A DNA stretch of 63,354 nucleotides, counting the filler, from Trichosphaerium sp. ATCC 40318 (Eukaryota > Protista > Tubulinea), in the NCBI GenBank assembly GCA_038496445.1. It is 3 parts of 3 records of this genome, joined end to end, with 100 filler letters (N's around TTAATTAATTAA, not from the genome) between each part and the next. Parts side by side here need not be neighbours in the genome. Positions count along the whole stretch, not along the records: positions 49,521 to 63,354 come from JALMLS010000511.1; 2 more parts are not named here. The stretch is one strand, 5' to 3'. The position numbers and the translations under genes were made by a program. Of this stretch, positions 62,344-63,354 are shown in pieces. The number at the start of each line of letters is the position of its first letter. The first letter of the stretch is position 1. The notes under the pieces were generated by a model that saw nothing but the letters and a program-made list of their open reading frames with translations, did not search any database and was not told the DNA's origin.

Positions 62344-63131
62344 TTAATTTTGATTGTCACCTTCTTTGATTAGGACAGGTATTATGCAATGCCCTTTTAT
62401 ACCACAACTGAAGCACACATGCTTTAGGTAACATCCATTTGGGCGTCTGGAGAAGCGACAGTTATCACTACTCAATGAATTCGCTTGAATACAGGCCAGG
62501 TGATCATTGGTGATGTTCCAAGGGTTGTTTCTGCTACCAACTTGAGCATCGATCACTTCTTGCTTGGTGAGTGGAGGGCGTCTAGGTTGCTGTTGCCGTC
62601 TTGGCCTTGGTGGACCTCTAGGTTGATTGTTGGGTTGTTGAACCGGCCCTAGGTACATGTTAAAGTACAACTGAGGAACCAAGTATGGAGAATCAGATCG
62701 TTCCCAGAATTTTCTTACTGCACGATCAAAAATGAGTACCTGCTGCTGCGTATACATTGACAAGGGGCTAGCACTTGGTTGTGGTATCTTTGATAGTGCT
62801 CTAACATAGTCTTCGAAATAAGACTGTTGGTCATATCTACGTTTGCTTGGCGGAGGATCAAACGAAGACGCATAATCAGATCTGCGTCGCTGGTTATCGG
62901 AATGGCTTTGGAGGGCCTGTGTGAAAGCACTGGTGAGCTATCAAAGACATTAAAAGACTGTACAAACTCTGGAAAATAAACTGGGTTTTTTATACCAAAA
63001 CGCGTAATTCCACAAATCAAAGGAGAGTTGGTGAAAGTTTTTCGAAGTGCTGCTGCCTCTTCGGCACTTACCGCAGTGAAATCTGAGGGCATAATACCCT
63101 GAACCAATGGTGTAGGCGTTGTTTTTGCCAT
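62344..63131 (-). CDS. Gag-like protein with C-terminal Cys/His knuckles, frameshifted
   Basis: C..C..C.L.H then CFSCGIKGHC; restoring one A gives CX2CX4HX4C; frame break at ~62760. Confidence 0.7.
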
Positions 63132-63354
63132 CAGTCCATTGTACGGCGCTGTAACATTGTCAAAAGAAAAAGTATCTGTTTTTGGAGTACCTTGTTGGTT
63201 TGGTACTGATAAGGGTTAGGTAGCCCTGTTCCTGTCGCTGTACCCTGGTCTGGTACCGACTGAATGCCTTGTGTAGGCGGCGTGGCGGTGTAGCCGTAAC
63301 TCCGAAACCTCCGTGGTCGCAGAGTTCTGCAAGCCTACACGAGAGGCATAAGAA

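Larger units (their letters stand above)
59600..63354 (-). mobile_element. Tyrosine-recombinase retrotransposon (DIRS order, Ngaro-like gag - RT/RNase H - YR), 5' end beyond window
   Basis: Intronless gag-like, RT, RNase H and YR ORFs in tandem; no methyltransferase domain seen after RNase H. Confidence 0.93.

Overview
AT-rich eukaryotic (protist, amoebozoan-like by gene content) genomic DNA with dense short spliceosomal introns (~40-50 nt), made of three contigs joined by N/TTAATTAATTAA linkers (20378-20477, 49421-49520). Contig 1 holds a SPRY-domain gene, SmE, a cytochrome P450, an F-box/LRR pseudogene, a C-type-lectin gene split by an L1-type non-LTR retrotransposon (23-bp TSD, atypical ORF1), a head-to-head TAF10/POT1 pair and a two-domain secreted protein. 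Contig 2 is dominated by a ~6-kb near-identical inverted duplication carrying a gene for four ~75-aa DWY repeats fused to a PD-(D/E)XK nuclease plus the 5' part of a mucin-like gene. The duplication brackets a patchwork of gene fragments and transposon relics, and is followed by LETM1-like and Chk2-like genes. Contig 3 holds an S10 carboxypeptidase, a sodium:solute symporter with a fused YhdT-like tail, a chromodomain-PhyH 2OG/Fe(II) dioxygenase fusion, an M6PR/ATG27-like receptor and a Ngaro/DIRS-type tyrosine-recombinase retrotransposon. Best candidates for undescribed systems are the chromodomain-dioxygenase and the repeat-array nuclease. Both are split across exons, so the ORF track shows only fragments (and misses most of the chromodomain). 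Gene models were spliced by eye and boundaries are approximate where stated.
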